A DNA stretch of 62,285 nt, counting the filler. It is 6 parts of 6 records of this genome, joined end to end, with 100 filler letters (N's around TTAATTAATTAA, not from the genome) between each part and the next. Parts side by side here need not be neighbours in the genome. Positions count along the whole stretch, not along the records: positions 7,186 to 24,054 come from DRR723986_4015; positions 24,155 to 32,688 come from DRR723986_4016; 4 more parts are not named here. The stretch is one strand, 5' to 3'. The position numbers and the translations under genes are program-made. This document shows, piece by piece, positions 19,989-30,508 of this stretch (its first letter is position 1; each line of letters begins with the position of its first letter). The notes beneath the pieces were generated by a model. It ran no database searches and had not been told where the DNA came from. It was given only the letters and a program-made list of their open reading frames with translations.

Positions 19989-21083
19989 TTACAAAAGCTT
20001 GAAGTCGCAGAATTGAACGCCATCGGCCCGCGCCATGTAAACAGATGGCCGCCTCAGAGCGGGCGAATGTGTGAAGTTGCGTCCGCTGGCATAGCTGACA
20101 GGCAGTTGGTCGCGGGTTGATTTTTGCTGCCAGACATCACCGAACTGGCCAATCAATCCGGCAAGGTAGTGCAGCCCCTCATAGGTCGATTGCCCCAGGG
20201 CATTCAGCGCCGGTGCGGTGTCGCCGTGCATCCCGTAATACCGTTCCTTGAAGGCGGCATTTTCGTCGTTGGAAATAGAGCCAAAATACGAAGACACTGA
20301 AAACAGACGCTCCAGATTGCCCCTGCCACAGGCCATCAGCCCATTCTCTTCCAGCGCGGTGGACAGCCGGACGATGTTTTTGTGAAGCCCGCGCCGCCCG
20401 AAGGTGCGATTGAACATCACCGCATCCTGTCCCACCAAAGACACCAGTACCGCATCCGCGCCCGAGGCTTCGAGTTGCGTCACCAGACCGCTCATATTCG
20501 ACAGGCCAAACGGCACGTAGCATTCCATCGCCAGATCAACATTCATCTGTCTGAGGCAGGATTTCGCATAATCATGTGAACTGCGCGGCCAGACATAATC
20601 ATTGCCGATCAATGCCCATTTGCGGGGCTTGAACCGCTTTTGCATGAACATCATTGCAGGGCCGAGTTGTTCTTTTGGGGTTTCGCCAATGGCAAAGAGA
20701 CCCGCCGTGGTTTCACCGCCCTCATAGAGCGGCGTATAGATATAAGGAATGCGCTGGCGCACGACCTTGGACAGACGTTGCCGGATCGCGCTGAGGTGCA
20801 TGCCGACAATCGCGTCGATTGCACCCAGATCAATCAGGTCGTTTACGATCTCTTCGATCGGCTCCGCGGCCTCAACTGCGGCGTCAATCATGATCAGTTG
20901 CACCTTGCGCCCGTCGATCCCGTCCGCCTTGTTCAGCTCGGCCACGGCAACCTGTGCGCTGGAGATGCAGGACGGTGCCCAGATGCCCGCCGCCCCGCAA
21001 AGCGGGATCAATAGCGCAACGCGATAGACGCCACTTGCGTGAAACTGTCCATTCTCGCGGAAGTCAGCGAGTTCCATCGGCAT
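19989..21083 (-). CDS. AmiC-like cytoplasmic amide-sensing PBP1 protein (start uncertain)
   Basis: VGMHLSAIRQ, YTPLYEGGE, IGNDYVWPR motifs; no evident signal peptide. Confidence 0.82.
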   Translation of the reverse strand: MPMELADFRENGQFHASGVYRVALLIPLCGAAGIWAPSCISSAQVAVAELNKADGIDGRKVQLIMIDAAVEAAEPIEEIVNDLIDLGAIDAIVGMHLSAIRQRLSKVVRQRIPYIYTPLYEGGETTAGLFAIGETPKEQLGPAMMFMQKRFKPRKWALIGNDYVWPRSSHDYAKSCLRQMNVDLAMECYVPFGLSNMSGLVTQLEASGADAVLVSLVGQDAVMFNRTFGRRGLHKNIVRLSTALEENGLMACGRGNLERLFSVSSYFGSISNDENAAFKERYYGMHGDTAPALNALGQSTYEGLHYLAGLIGQFGDVWQQKSTRDQLPVSYASGRNFTHSPALRRPSVYMARADGVQFCDFKLL

Positions 21084-21210
21084 GGTCACGTCGTGTCGCA
21101 GCGTCCCTCCCCCTCTGCGATGTGCGCTTGATGCAAGCTTGGTGGCACATTGCAATTGAATTTGCTTTCCAAGTCAACTAAATTCAGGTCAGTGATCATT
21201 GGTGATAAAC

Positions 21211-21636
21211 ATGTCTGAGCAGACCAGTTCGTTTGAAACGCATATTTCCTATGCCGTTGCGGCCGCGCATCGTTCGGTCAATCAACGGATGACGGCGCAG
21301 CTGAAAAAGCACGGGATTCAGATCGAAGCCTGGCGCGTGATGGAATGTCTGGATGCGGGCGAGCGGCTGACCATGGGCGCGCTGGCCAGCAAGGCGTTGA
21401 TCAACCCGCCAACGCTCAGCAAACTGGTGGATCGCATGGTTTCCGATGGTCTGGTTCATCGCCAAATCTCGCAGAGCGACCAACGCGAAATCAATCTGCT
21501 GCTGACCCATTTGGGGCGCATTCGGATGCTCGACATTCGCAAGGATGTCGAGGAACAAGACGGCGCGTTAAACGGATTGCTTGAGACAGAAGACGGGGCG
21601 CTGCTGCTCAAGCTGCTGTCGAAGATTACGGTCTGA
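21211..21636 (+). CDS. MarR family transcriptional regulator
   Basis: PPTLSKLVDRMVSDGLVHR...DQR...LTHLG winged HTH. Confidence 0.92.
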   Translation: MSEQTSSFETHISYAVAAAHRSVNQRMTAQLKKHGIQIEAWRVMECLDAGERLTMGALASKALINPPTLSKLVDRMVSDGLVHRQISQSDQREINLLLTHLGRIRMLDIRKDVEEQDGALNGLLETEDGALLLKLLSKITV

Positions 21637-21658
21637 TCTCAGCGGCGATCAACGTCCA

Positions 21659-22591
21659 TCAACTGTCGTTGCAAGGCTCCAAGGCCGTGGCCAAAACCGG
21701 CGCCAAATGACGTGCAATGCTGCCCGCACCGGGTGCCGCTGGATGAATGTCATCGCGGTAATCCCCCACCTGCATCTGGACATCGCCCAGATCTATCAAG
21801 GAGATACCTTGGCCGCGTGACCATTGCGCAAACCTTGCCTTTGCCGGTTTCACCGCGCCGCCGCGTTCTTGTTGAGTGGGGTGATAGATCAAGAAAGGAT
21901 GCACGCCCTGATCGCGCAACAACATCGCCATCCGGTCCAGCGCCTCAAGACTTTGCCTTTCACGCTCCTCCAGTGGTGCCAGATCCACCCCAGCATGTGC
22001 CGCTTGCTCAGTACGCTCAATGACGGCCTGAACCGCATCGCCGATGGCCGACCAGGAAGGCGCTTGGCGATAGGGCAGAATGTCCGAGGCGGTTTGCGGT
22101 ACGTCGTAAAGATCATGGGCGGAAACCACGATGCCCGCGACACTGGATCCAAATGTGCCCCGCTCGGCCAGGAATGCCGCCTGATTGATCGGCCCCCAAC
22201 TCGCCACCGCCATGGGCAACACCCGAATGACACAGCCGTCCAGATCTGGGTCAGCCTCAAACGCAAGCCGCACTTGCGCCGATATCGTCTCTGTCTGATC
22301 CAGAAAGTGACCGCCATAGACAACACTGTCACCGATCAAAAGCAGATGCCGTTCATCGCTGGCGGGGGTATCGGGATGATCTGGCGCACGCATTCCGTTG
22401 GCGTTGATCGAAATGGTATTGCCCCAGCGCCGATAGGTTGCCGAGGGCACCAGTTCGTATTCTGTTGCAGGGTCCAGCCGGGCCAGCGGCGGATCACCAA
22501 GACCAATTCCCCAACGCAAGGCGCATTCCGCCGCAACCAGCGCAAGCGCCGCTGTTGCGGCCAGATATGACAAAACACGCCGGTTCATCAA
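21659..22591 (-). CDS. SGNH/GDSL hydrolase-like protein with N-terminal anchor
   Basis: LIGDSVVYG (block I), YRDDIHP (block V), INANGMR preceding motif. Confidence 0.8.
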   Translation of the reverse strand: MMNRRVLSYLAATAALALVAAECALRWGIGLGDPPLARLDPATEYELVPSATYRRWGNTISINANGMRAPDHPDTPASDERHLLLIGDSVVYGGHFLDQTETISAQVRLAFEADPDLDGCVIRVLPMAVASWGPINQAAFLAERGTFGSSVAGIVVSAHDLYDVPQTASDILPYRQAPSWSAIGDAVQAVIERTEQAAHAGVDLAPLEERERQSLEALDRMAMLLRDQGVHPFLIYHPTQQERGGAVKPAKARFAQWSRGQGISLIDLGDVQMQVGDYRDDIHPAAPGAGSIARHLAPVLATALEPCNDS

Positions 22592-23640
22592 TGTCCCGTG
22601 AGCCGCCGCCGAAGTGGGTGAAACGGCTTTTCAAGCCAGCGATAGGTCGCCGCCGCAAATGCCGCCGAAAGCGCAGCCGAGGTCACGACCAATGCCCAAT
22701 CGCCCAGCGCGGCAAAGCCGGAATAGACCAGCGCCTCGATGATAACGTAATGGATCAAATAGATCGTGAATGACCATTGCCCGATCTTGCGCAGCGGTGC
22801 CCAGTTCAAGGGCCGGAACCAAAGGTCGGAGGGCTGTGTCACAGCGTAGTGGAATATCGGCATCAACGCCAAACCCTGCAGGCTGTAGCGCGGGATGGAG
22901 CGGAAGGTCTCATCGCGGATCGACAAACACACCAACAACACAACAACCGCCCCGCCAAGCCACACCAGGCGGACCGGCAAGGATGGGCCAAACAACCGAT
23001 CAGCGTGGCCGCGCCATGTCAGCATCGCCAGCAAACACCCATACAGCAGGCTGTCGAGGCGGGTGTCTGTTGAGATGTAGATCGTCCATTCATCCGTCCC
23101 GAGGCCAAAAACCCTGATCGCCCGCCAAACCACCACGGCCAACAACAGCACCAGCAAATAGCGGATTTCGAACCTTGTATTGACCAACAGAATGAACAGC
23201 GTCGGCCAGATCAGATAGAAATGTTCCTCAACCGCGAGGGACCAAAGGATGCCCAGACCATTCACCGTGGCCGGATCAGACGCATAAAGTGAGAAGTAGT
23301 TGTAATAAAAGAAGATCTGACTGCTGATGGTTTGGATATCCAAACGCCCTTCGGCCCATCCGGCCCAAACCAGCAGCGCACTGACCAAAAGCACGAACAA
23401 GATTGGCGGGCTGAGCCGAACGATACGGCGCAGGTAGAACGCCCCCATTGCGATTGATCCATGTTGATCCCATTCGCGGGTCATCAATGTGGTGATCAGA
23501 TAACCGGACAGGAAAAAGAAAATCGTGACCCCAAAACCGCCCGGCACAACATGTCCAAAGCCGACGTGGCTCAAGAACACAAGCGCGATGGAAACCGCGC
23601 GAAGTCCGTCAAGCGATGGGATATAGGACGGTTTAGCCAT
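22588..23640 (-). CDS. Acyltransferase-3 (OafA-like) O-acyltransferase
   Basis: LDGLRAVS, GVTIFFFLSGYLIT, FYLRRIVRL, LWSLAVEEHFY. Confidence 0.92.
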   Translation of the reverse strand: MAKPSYIPSLDGLRAVSIALVFLSHVGFGHVVPGGFGVTIFFFLSGYLITTLMTREWDQHGSIAMGAFYLRRIVRLSPPILFVLLVSALLVWAGWAEGRLDIQTISSQIFFYYNYFSLYASDPATVNGLGILWSLAVEEHFYLIWPTLFILLVNTRFEIRYLLVLLLAVVVWRAIRVFGLGTDEWTIYISTDTRLDSLLYGCLLAMLTWRGHADRLFGPSLPVRLVWLGGAVVVLLVCLSIRDETFRSIPRYSLQGLALMPIFHYAVTQPSDLWFRPLNWAPLRKIGQWSFTIYLIHYVIIEALVYSGFAALGDWALVVTSAALSAAFAAATYRWLEKPFHPLRRRLTGH

Positions 23641-23789
23641 TTCTACACTGGCCTTTCCCTGCCAACTCTTTTCATGCCGCCTGTTGCATCATTGGCTTTG
23701 GAGCGCTTTCAAAAACCCTAAGTTGCAAGGGACACATGCGCAATTGGTTTTGTTCCTGATCATTGCGGGACATGCGCCTTTGGCCGCTT

Positions 23790-24054
23790 TCAAGATGGCG
23801 TAGGTTCCGGACCGTAGGTTCGTTCGGCAATGTCGATGGCAGAGAGTTCTTTCGCAAGCGCGGTGAGAAACACCGCGTCCGCCTCTGATTGGCGGCGAGC
23901 CGGATTGCTGATCAAATAGATGTTCACCATTGGCAGATCTTCATAGGGCGGCAACTGGCGGATGTGGCCCGCGATCACGTCTTGCTGCGCCACGTGGACC
24001 GGCAAGGCCCCGATGCCGATATTGGCCATGATCATCCGCCGGATTTCATTCAAG
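23790..24054 (-). CDS. LysR family regulator, C-terminal fragment
   Basis: EIRRMIMANIGIGALPVHVA effector-domain pattern; cut by contig end. Confidence 0.8.
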
Positions 24055-24154
24055 NNNNNNNNNNNNNNNNNNNNNNNNNNNNNNNNNNNNNNNNNNNNTT
24101 AATTAATTAANNNNNNNNNNNNNNNNNNNNNNNNNNNNNNNNNNNNNNNNNNNN

Positions 24155-25042
<888 letters not shown>

Positions 25043-25190
25043 CTCTACCCCGGCAGGCCTGTTGAAACTTACAGCTTGCCGCAGTTACGCCGCACGCCGG
25101 AACTTGTCCACACATGACGGAGCGACAAAAGGCCTTGGGAATTGCAGCGCTTTATGTTAGTGAGCGCTCACAATTGAAAAGGAGGCCACC

Positions 25191-26159
25191 ATGGCCACGA
25201 TCCGGATTGATCCGCAGCAATTACAGGCCGAGGGCCTGATCGATGCCGAAATGGCCCGGCTGATCGAGGCGCACGCCTTGCCGGATTCCCGGTTCGGCCT
25301 GTTCGTGAACCTGTCCCTGATCATGGGCGCGCTGGCCGTCGCGGCGGGGACAATTGCCCTTGTGCCTGACGCAACGACAGGCCTGCTGCTCGCCATTGTG
25401 GCCATTGCCGCGGCAGAAATCACCCGCCGGTTCGCGCCCGGCGCGTCTCTGAAAGTGCTATCAGCGGGTCTGGCGCTGATGGGGGTTCTGGGCCTCGCCG
25501 GCTGGATCGGCTGGCAATATGAAGACGCCCCCGACACAACGATGCCTGCCCTGCTCATCACCTTGTTGCTGGGTGCCGGCGCTGTCTGGTTCCGCTCGGC
25601 ATTCCTTATGGTCTTGTCCGTCCTGGCCTTCGGCGCCGTCTTCGGCACCGGTACCGGTTACTGGCATGCCTGTTACGGCCTGTTTGTCGAAGAGCCAATC
25701 ATGACACTCGCCGTGTTCGGTGCGTTGACGGCTGGCCTTTACGCGCTGCGCAGCCGGATCGCCGAGACCCGGAAGAATCTGGCCGGAATTGCGGCCCGCA
25801 CAGCCTTCTTCCTTGTCAATTTCGCCTTATGGGTCGGCTCGCTCTGGGGCGACGACCTCGGCCCTTCCTACCGCTATTCCGATGAGACCGACTGGGAAAC
25901 CTGGCGCGCAGCCACCACGCATGTGCCTGAAGCCGTGTTTTCCATCGGCTGGCCGGTCCTTCTGGTCGCGATCATGGCGCACAGCCGGAATGGCGGTTTC
26001 CTGTCGGTAACATCGACCATCTTCCTGGCGATCCACGCCTATACGCAGTATTTCGAGACATTCGGCGCCCATCCCTGGACGCTGCTGGCTGGCGGGATTG
26101 TCCTGGTGGGCCTGGCGGTCGGCGCAGCAAAGCTGATGAAGCAGCCCGCGAATGTCTGA
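25191..26159 (+). CDS. Uncharacterised multi-pass membrane protein
   Basis: AAGGAGG RBS; many hydrophobic helices; GTGTGYWHACY loop. Confidence 0.8.
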   Translation: MATIRIDPQQLQAEGLIDAEMARLIEAHALPDSRFGLFVNLSLIMGALAVAAGTIALVPDATTGLLLAIVAIAAAEITRRFAPGASLKVLSAGLALMGVLGLAGWIGWQYEDAPDTTMPALLITLLLGAGAVWFRSAFLMVLSVLAFGAVFGTGTGYWHACYGLFVEEPIMTLAVFGALTAGLYALRSRIAETRKNLAGIAARTAFFLVNFALWVGSLWGDDLGPSYRYSDETDWETWRAATTHVPEAVFSIGWPVLLVAIMAHSRNGGFLSVTSTIFLAIHAYTQYFETFGAHPWTLLAGGIVLVGLAVGAAKLMKQPANV

Positions 26160-26166
26160 TTAGGGC

Positions 26167-26628
26167 CTAGTCGTCCCGGCCTTCAATCTTGGCCTCGAAG
26201 GCCCGCACGCGGGCCGTCAGGGAGACAAGGAAGGCGGTCGACCAGCTGATCAGCAGGAAGCCGTTCATGGATTCCGCGACGCCCAGCATCCGCCATTTGT
26301 GCGACAGGATCACGTCGCCAAAGCCGACGGTGGTAAAAGTCGACGTGGAGAAATAGACCGCCGTTTCGATCTGGTGCAGCTCACCCACGAAAAGATAGGC
26401 GAAGGCATAGAGCCAGATCTGCAGCGAATGCAGCGCAAACAGGCTGAACACGACGATCAGGATACCAATCCCCTGCCCCATGGTTTCACCCATTTTCGAC
26501 GTCCGGCGCCGGAACTCCCGCCCCCGCTGGCGCAACAGGGCTGTCAGGCCGACCAGCCCGGCAAAGTGAATCGCGAAAGTGATAGCGACCATGACCGTCG
26601 CCACAGCAAGATTCTGGAACAGGATCAT
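26167..26628 (-). CDS. Small potassium-channel family (Ion_trans_2) protein
   Basis: VYFSTSTFTTVGFGD pore/filter motif; GGAGG upstream of MILFQN. Confidence 0.88.
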   Translation of the reverse strand: MILFQNLAVATVMVAITFAIHFAGLVGLTALLRQRGREFRRRTSKMGETMGQGIGILIVVFSLFALHSLQIWLYAFAYLFVGELHQIETAVYFSTSTFTTVGFGDVILSHKWRMLGVAESMNGFLLISWSTAFLVSLTARVRAFEAKIEGRDD

Positions 26629-26758
26629 GTCCTGAGCCTCCATAAGTACAAGCCTGTTTACCCTGCAGCCATTTAGCTTTCGTTGACGGAGCGAAAATCT
26701 GCCGCCACAAGCGCAGTCACAACACAAGACACTCAAAAAACAGGCAGGGAGGCCGACT

Positions 26759-27574
26759 ATGGCAGACAGCAAGGATCTCGCAGGGCGCAAGGCGATCGTC
26801 ACAGGGTCGGCCACCGGGCTCGGGCGCTCCATCGCCCTGCGGCTGGCCGAGCGCGGCGCCGATGTGATCATTAATTGCACCAAGTCTGTCACCGATGCCG
26901 AACAGACCGTTTCCGATTGCCAGTCTGCCGGCGCGCAGGCCCGGCTGGTCCAGGCGGATGTCTCCACCGAGGAAGGCTGCAAGGCCCTCGCTGACGCCGC
27001 CAGCACCTGGGGCCGGCTGGATATTCTGGTCAATAATGCGGGAATCACCCGTCACGCCCGCGATCATGCGGACCTTGATGCCCTCTCCCGGCAGGATTTT
27101 CTGGATATCTACGCCGTCAACGTCGCAGGCCCCTTCCTGATGATGCAGGCCTGCAAGTCGCTTCTGGTGAAATGCCATGAGGAAACGGGACGGGCGGCTG
27201 CGGTGCTGAACGTGTCCTCCATCGCAGGCGTCACCGGGGTCGGCTCCTCGGTCGCCTATGCCGCTTCCAAAGGCGCTTTCAACACGATGACACTGTCTCT
27301 GGCCCGGGCACTCGCCCCGGCGATCAGGGTTAACGCAATCTGTCCGGGATTCATCGGCACGCGCTGGTTCAAGGATCAGATGGGCGAGGAACAGTACCGG
27401 AAAATGGAGGCGGGGGTCGCTGCGTCAGTCCCGCTCAATGTGGCCAGTGGGCCCGATGACATTGCAGATTCGGCCGTTTTCTTCTGCACGGATGCGAGTC
27501 GGCATGTGACCGGTGAAACGCTGCTTGTGGATGCCGGAATGCATCTCGGTTACGCACCTTTGGTGGCTCGCTAA
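26759..27574 (+). CDS. Short-chain dehydrogenase/reductase
   Basis: TGSATGLG, NNAG, YAASK, RVNAICPG. Confidence 0.95.
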   Translation: MADSKDLAGRKAIVTGSATGLGRSIALRLAERGADVIINCTKSVTDAEQTVSDCQSAGAQARLVQADVSTEEGCKALADAASTWGRLDILVNNAGITRHARDHADLDALSRQDFLDIYAVNVAGPFLMMQACKSLLVKCHEETGRAAAVLNVSSIAGVTGVGSSVAYAASKGAFNTMTLSLARALAPAIRVNAICPGFIGTRWFKDQMGEEQYRKMEAGVAASVPLNVASGPDDIADSAVFFCTDASRHVTGETLLVDAGMHLGYAPLVAR

Positions 27575-27748
27575 CGCATTCGTGACGCCCAAATTCAAGG
27601 CAGCACTGCCTCAAGTCTGCTCAATTCAGCGGCGATCCTTAACTCGGTACCCGGATAACTTCTTTTTCAGTCCGCCGCTGTACAAAGGCGCGGCAATCTG
27701 ACCCCGGCGCTCAACGAAGCGCGCTTATCAAGAACGGGGAAGTTCAAA

Positions 27749-28426
27749 ATGGTATCCAAGTTTACACGGGCGGGGGTCGCCCTCGCAGCACTCGCCGCCG
27801 CAGCCGGCGGCGCCTATGCGGAAGGCGAATGGTCGGGCAATGTCGCGCTGACGACAGACTATGTCTGGCGCGGGGTTTCGCAGTCCAATGAAGATTTCGC
27901 CATCCAGGGCGGCTTCGATTACTCCAATGGCATGTTCTACGCGGGCACCTGGGCGTCGAACGTTGACTTCGGCGACGAGCCGGAAGATGCCAACCTGGAA
28001 CTGGACCTGTATGGAGGTCTCGCGGGGGAGACTGAAAGCGGGATCAGCTGGGACGTCGGCTTCATCTACTACGCCTATCCGGACACGGAAGAAGCAGACT
28101 ACGACTTCGTAGAACTGAAGGGCGCGCTCGGCTACACCTTCACCGGCGGCGTATCCGTCGGCGGCGCCGTGTACTGGGATCCGGACAATGAGAACATCTA
28201 TGTCGAAGGGTCTGCCGGTTACTCCTTCACCGATAACTTCTCGATGGACGCAACAGTCGGCAACTACAGCTTCGATGCTGGCGGCGACTACACCAACTGG
28301 TCGCTCGGCGGCACCTACTCCCTGCCGATCGGCATCGATGTCGACGTGCGTTACTGGGATACGGATGTGGACGGTGTCGGCGTCTCTGACGAGCGCGTTG
28401 TCCTGACCCTGGCGAAGTCCCTCTAG
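27749..28426 (+). CDS. TorF (Gcw_chp) family putative outer-membrane porin
   Basis: Signal peptide; TTDYVWRGVSQ, AIQGGFDY, GTWASNVDF, ELDLYGG. Confidence 0.88.
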   Translation: MVSKFTRAGVALAALAAAAGGAYAEGEWSGNVALTTDYVWRGVSQSNEDFAIQGGFDYSNGMFYAGTWASNVDFGDEPEDANLELDLYGGLAGETESGISWDVGFIYYAYPDTEEADYDFVELKGALGYTFTGGVSVGGAVYWDPDNENIYVEGSAGYSFTDNFSMDATVGNYSFDAGGDYTNWSLGGTYSLPIGIDVDVRYWDTDVDGVGVSDERVVLTLAKSL

Positions 28427-28484
28427 GGCTTCGAATTCCTCCAACTGCGCGGGGATCATGCCCTCCTCCACGCGCAGCAAGGTG

Positions 28485-28524
28485 AAGGCCGCTGGTTCCC
28501 GCCGGAACTGGCGGCCTTTGTTTT
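28485..28524 (+). terminator. Intrinsic terminator
   Basis: AAGGCCGCTGGTTCC...GGAACTGGCGGCCTT followed by TGTTTT. Confidence 0.8.
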
Positions 28525-28596
28525 ACCCCATTCCCTTCCTATCTGTAGCATAACGGGGGTACCCCAAAACCAGATTGGCCAGAAGGAGACGATTGC

Positions 28597-30420
28597 GTGG
28601 CAGCCGAGTTCACCCCTGTGCAAGCTGTGGATGCGCTCGTCCCGGCAATCACGCTGCTGGGCTTCGGCGCGGCATCAGCACTGGTGACGAAAGCCGCGCG
28701 GCTGAGTCCGATCGTCGGCTACCTCATTGTTGGTATACTGATCGGGCAATACGGTCTGGACCTGATCCATGAGAGTTCGGCAACGCACCTGCTTGCTGAA
28801 CTCGGCGTTGTGTTCCTGCTGTTCGACATCGGCATGCATGTCTCCATGCGCGAGCTGAAGGAAAGCCGGCGGGACCTGCTGGGCCTTGCCCCGGCACACC
28901 TGATGCTGACCGGCCTGATGTGCGCCGGTGCGCTCTGGATGATCGGGATCGCCTGGCCAATTGCGCTGGCCGTCGGGCTCAGCCTTGGCCTGTCCTCCAC
29001 GGCCGTTGTTGCCCGTATCCTGACAGAGCGGGAACAGAATTCCTGCCCCATCGGACGCGCTGCCACGCATGTCCTGATCTTCCAGGACATGGTGGCGATC
29101 TTCCTGATGATCTACGCCACGTCGCTGGGCGGCGCGGAAACCGGCGCCTCCGGCCTTGCGGGCGTCATCTCCACCCATCTGCTTGCCGGGGCCGACCTGC
29201 CGCTGATTGGCTCCTTGGCCCTCTCGCTCGTGCAGGCGGGACTCGCCTTTTATGCCGCGGTGCTGGCCGGCAAGTTCCTGATCAATCCGATCTTCCGGAC
29301 GCTGGTGGCGATCCGCAACGAGGAAGCCTTCACGGCATTTACCCTGCTATTCGTACTGGCAGCCGCCTGCGCAACGGCCATGAGCGGCCTGTCCTTGACG
29401 CTCGGTGCCTTCCTGGCCGGCCTTGCTGTGTCCGGCACGCCTTATCGCCACGAAGTGCAGACCGAGATGGCCCCTTTCCGCAGCCTGCTCCTCTCCTTCT
29501 TCTTCATCAGTGTCGGCCTGTCCATCGACATGCCTGCCCTCCTCCGCAACCTGCCACTGGTCCTGCTGGCCGCCGGCGGCCTGATCGGTTTCAAGACCGC
29601 GCTGGGCTTTGCCGCCGCGCGTCTCAATGGCTGGAGCCTGCCAGGCGCGACGCAGATGGCCTTCCTGCTGGCGCAGGGGTCGGAGTTCACGCTCGTCGTG
29701 CTGTCGCTCGGCGCCATTGTCACCGGCATGCCTGGCCCGCTGATGAGCAGCGTGGTCGCCGCTGTCGCCCTGTCGCTCGCCATCGCGCCGGTCTGGGCGG
29801 ACCTCGGCGCGCGCCTCTCCCGCGAGATCGTGCGCCGGACCCAGTCCCGAACGGAGGCGGCGCCGGCCGGCACTCCGCTGCTCGACCGCCCGGTCATCAT
29901 TGTCGGCATGACGCAGACCGGCCGCCTCGCCGTCGATGCGCTCGAAGATCACGGCATCCCCTATCTTGCGACGGAGTTCGATCCGGACCGGCTCTTGTCT
30001 GCGGTTGCGGACGGATACCGCGTCTCATTCGGCGATGCGTCGAACCTCAAGCTGATCGAGGCGATTGGCGGCAACCAGGCCCGCGCCATGGTGCTCGGCA
30101 TTCCGCGCTACGAAGTCTCGCTTGAAGTGACACCGGTCGTGAAGCGGCGCTTCCCGGATCTCAAACGTTTTGTCACTGTCGACAATGGCGAGGACATGGA
30201 GCGGTTTTCCAATCTCGGCATCCGCACCCATTTCGCGATGGGCGAACCGCGCGGCATCGAAATGGTGATCGATATGCTGAACGCGCTTGGCGTGCCGGAA
30301 GAAAAGGTCAGCGCCTGGATCAGCTACGAAACCGAACGCTTTGCCATTGGCGAAGCCAAGTCTGACGAGGATGATGACGACCTCGATCCTGCGGAACCGG
30401 ACCTCGACAAGGCTGCCTGA
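28597..30420 (+). CDS. CPA2 (KefC-like) cation:proton antiporter with TrkA-N domain
   Basis: LAELGVVFLLFDIG, LSSTAVV, FQD, LGAFLAG, LLAQGSEF; FGDAS in the KTN domain. Confidence 0.9.
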   Translation: MAAEFTPVQAVDALVPAITLLGFGAASALVTKAARLSPIVGYLIVGILIGQYGLDLIHESSATHLLAELGVVFLLFDIGMHVSMRELKESRRDLLGLAPAHLMLTGLMCAGALWMIGIAWPIALAVGLSLGLSSTAVVARILTEREQNSCPIGRAATHVLIFQDMVAIFLMIYATSLGGAETGASGLAGVISTHLLAGADLPLIGSLALSLVQAGLAFYAAVLAGKFLINPIFRTLVAIRNEEAFTAFTLLFVLAAACATAMSGLSLTLGAFLAGLAVSGTPYRHEVQTEMAPFRSLLLSFFFISVGLSIDMPALLRNLPLVLLAAGGLIGFKTALGFAAARLNGWSLPGATQMAFLLAQGSEFTLVVLSLGAIVTGMPGPLMSSVVAAVALSLAIAPVWADLGARLSREIVRRTQSRTEAAPAGTPLLDRPVIIVGMTQTGRLAVDALEDHGIPYLATEFDPDRLLSAVADGYRVSFGDASNLKLIEAIGGNQARAMVLGIPRYEVSLEVTPVVKRRFPDLKRFVTVDNGEDMERFSNLGIRTHFAMGEPRGIEMVIDMLNALGVPEEKVSAWISYETERFAIGEAKSDEDDDDLDPAEPDLDKAA

Positions 30421-30508
30421 CGCCGCGCCTGCCGACCGACCCAAGTGCGGGCTGGAAATTGCGTAGTATGAGGTCTATAGGCACCATCATTCCCTTCAGG
30501 AGGCTGAA

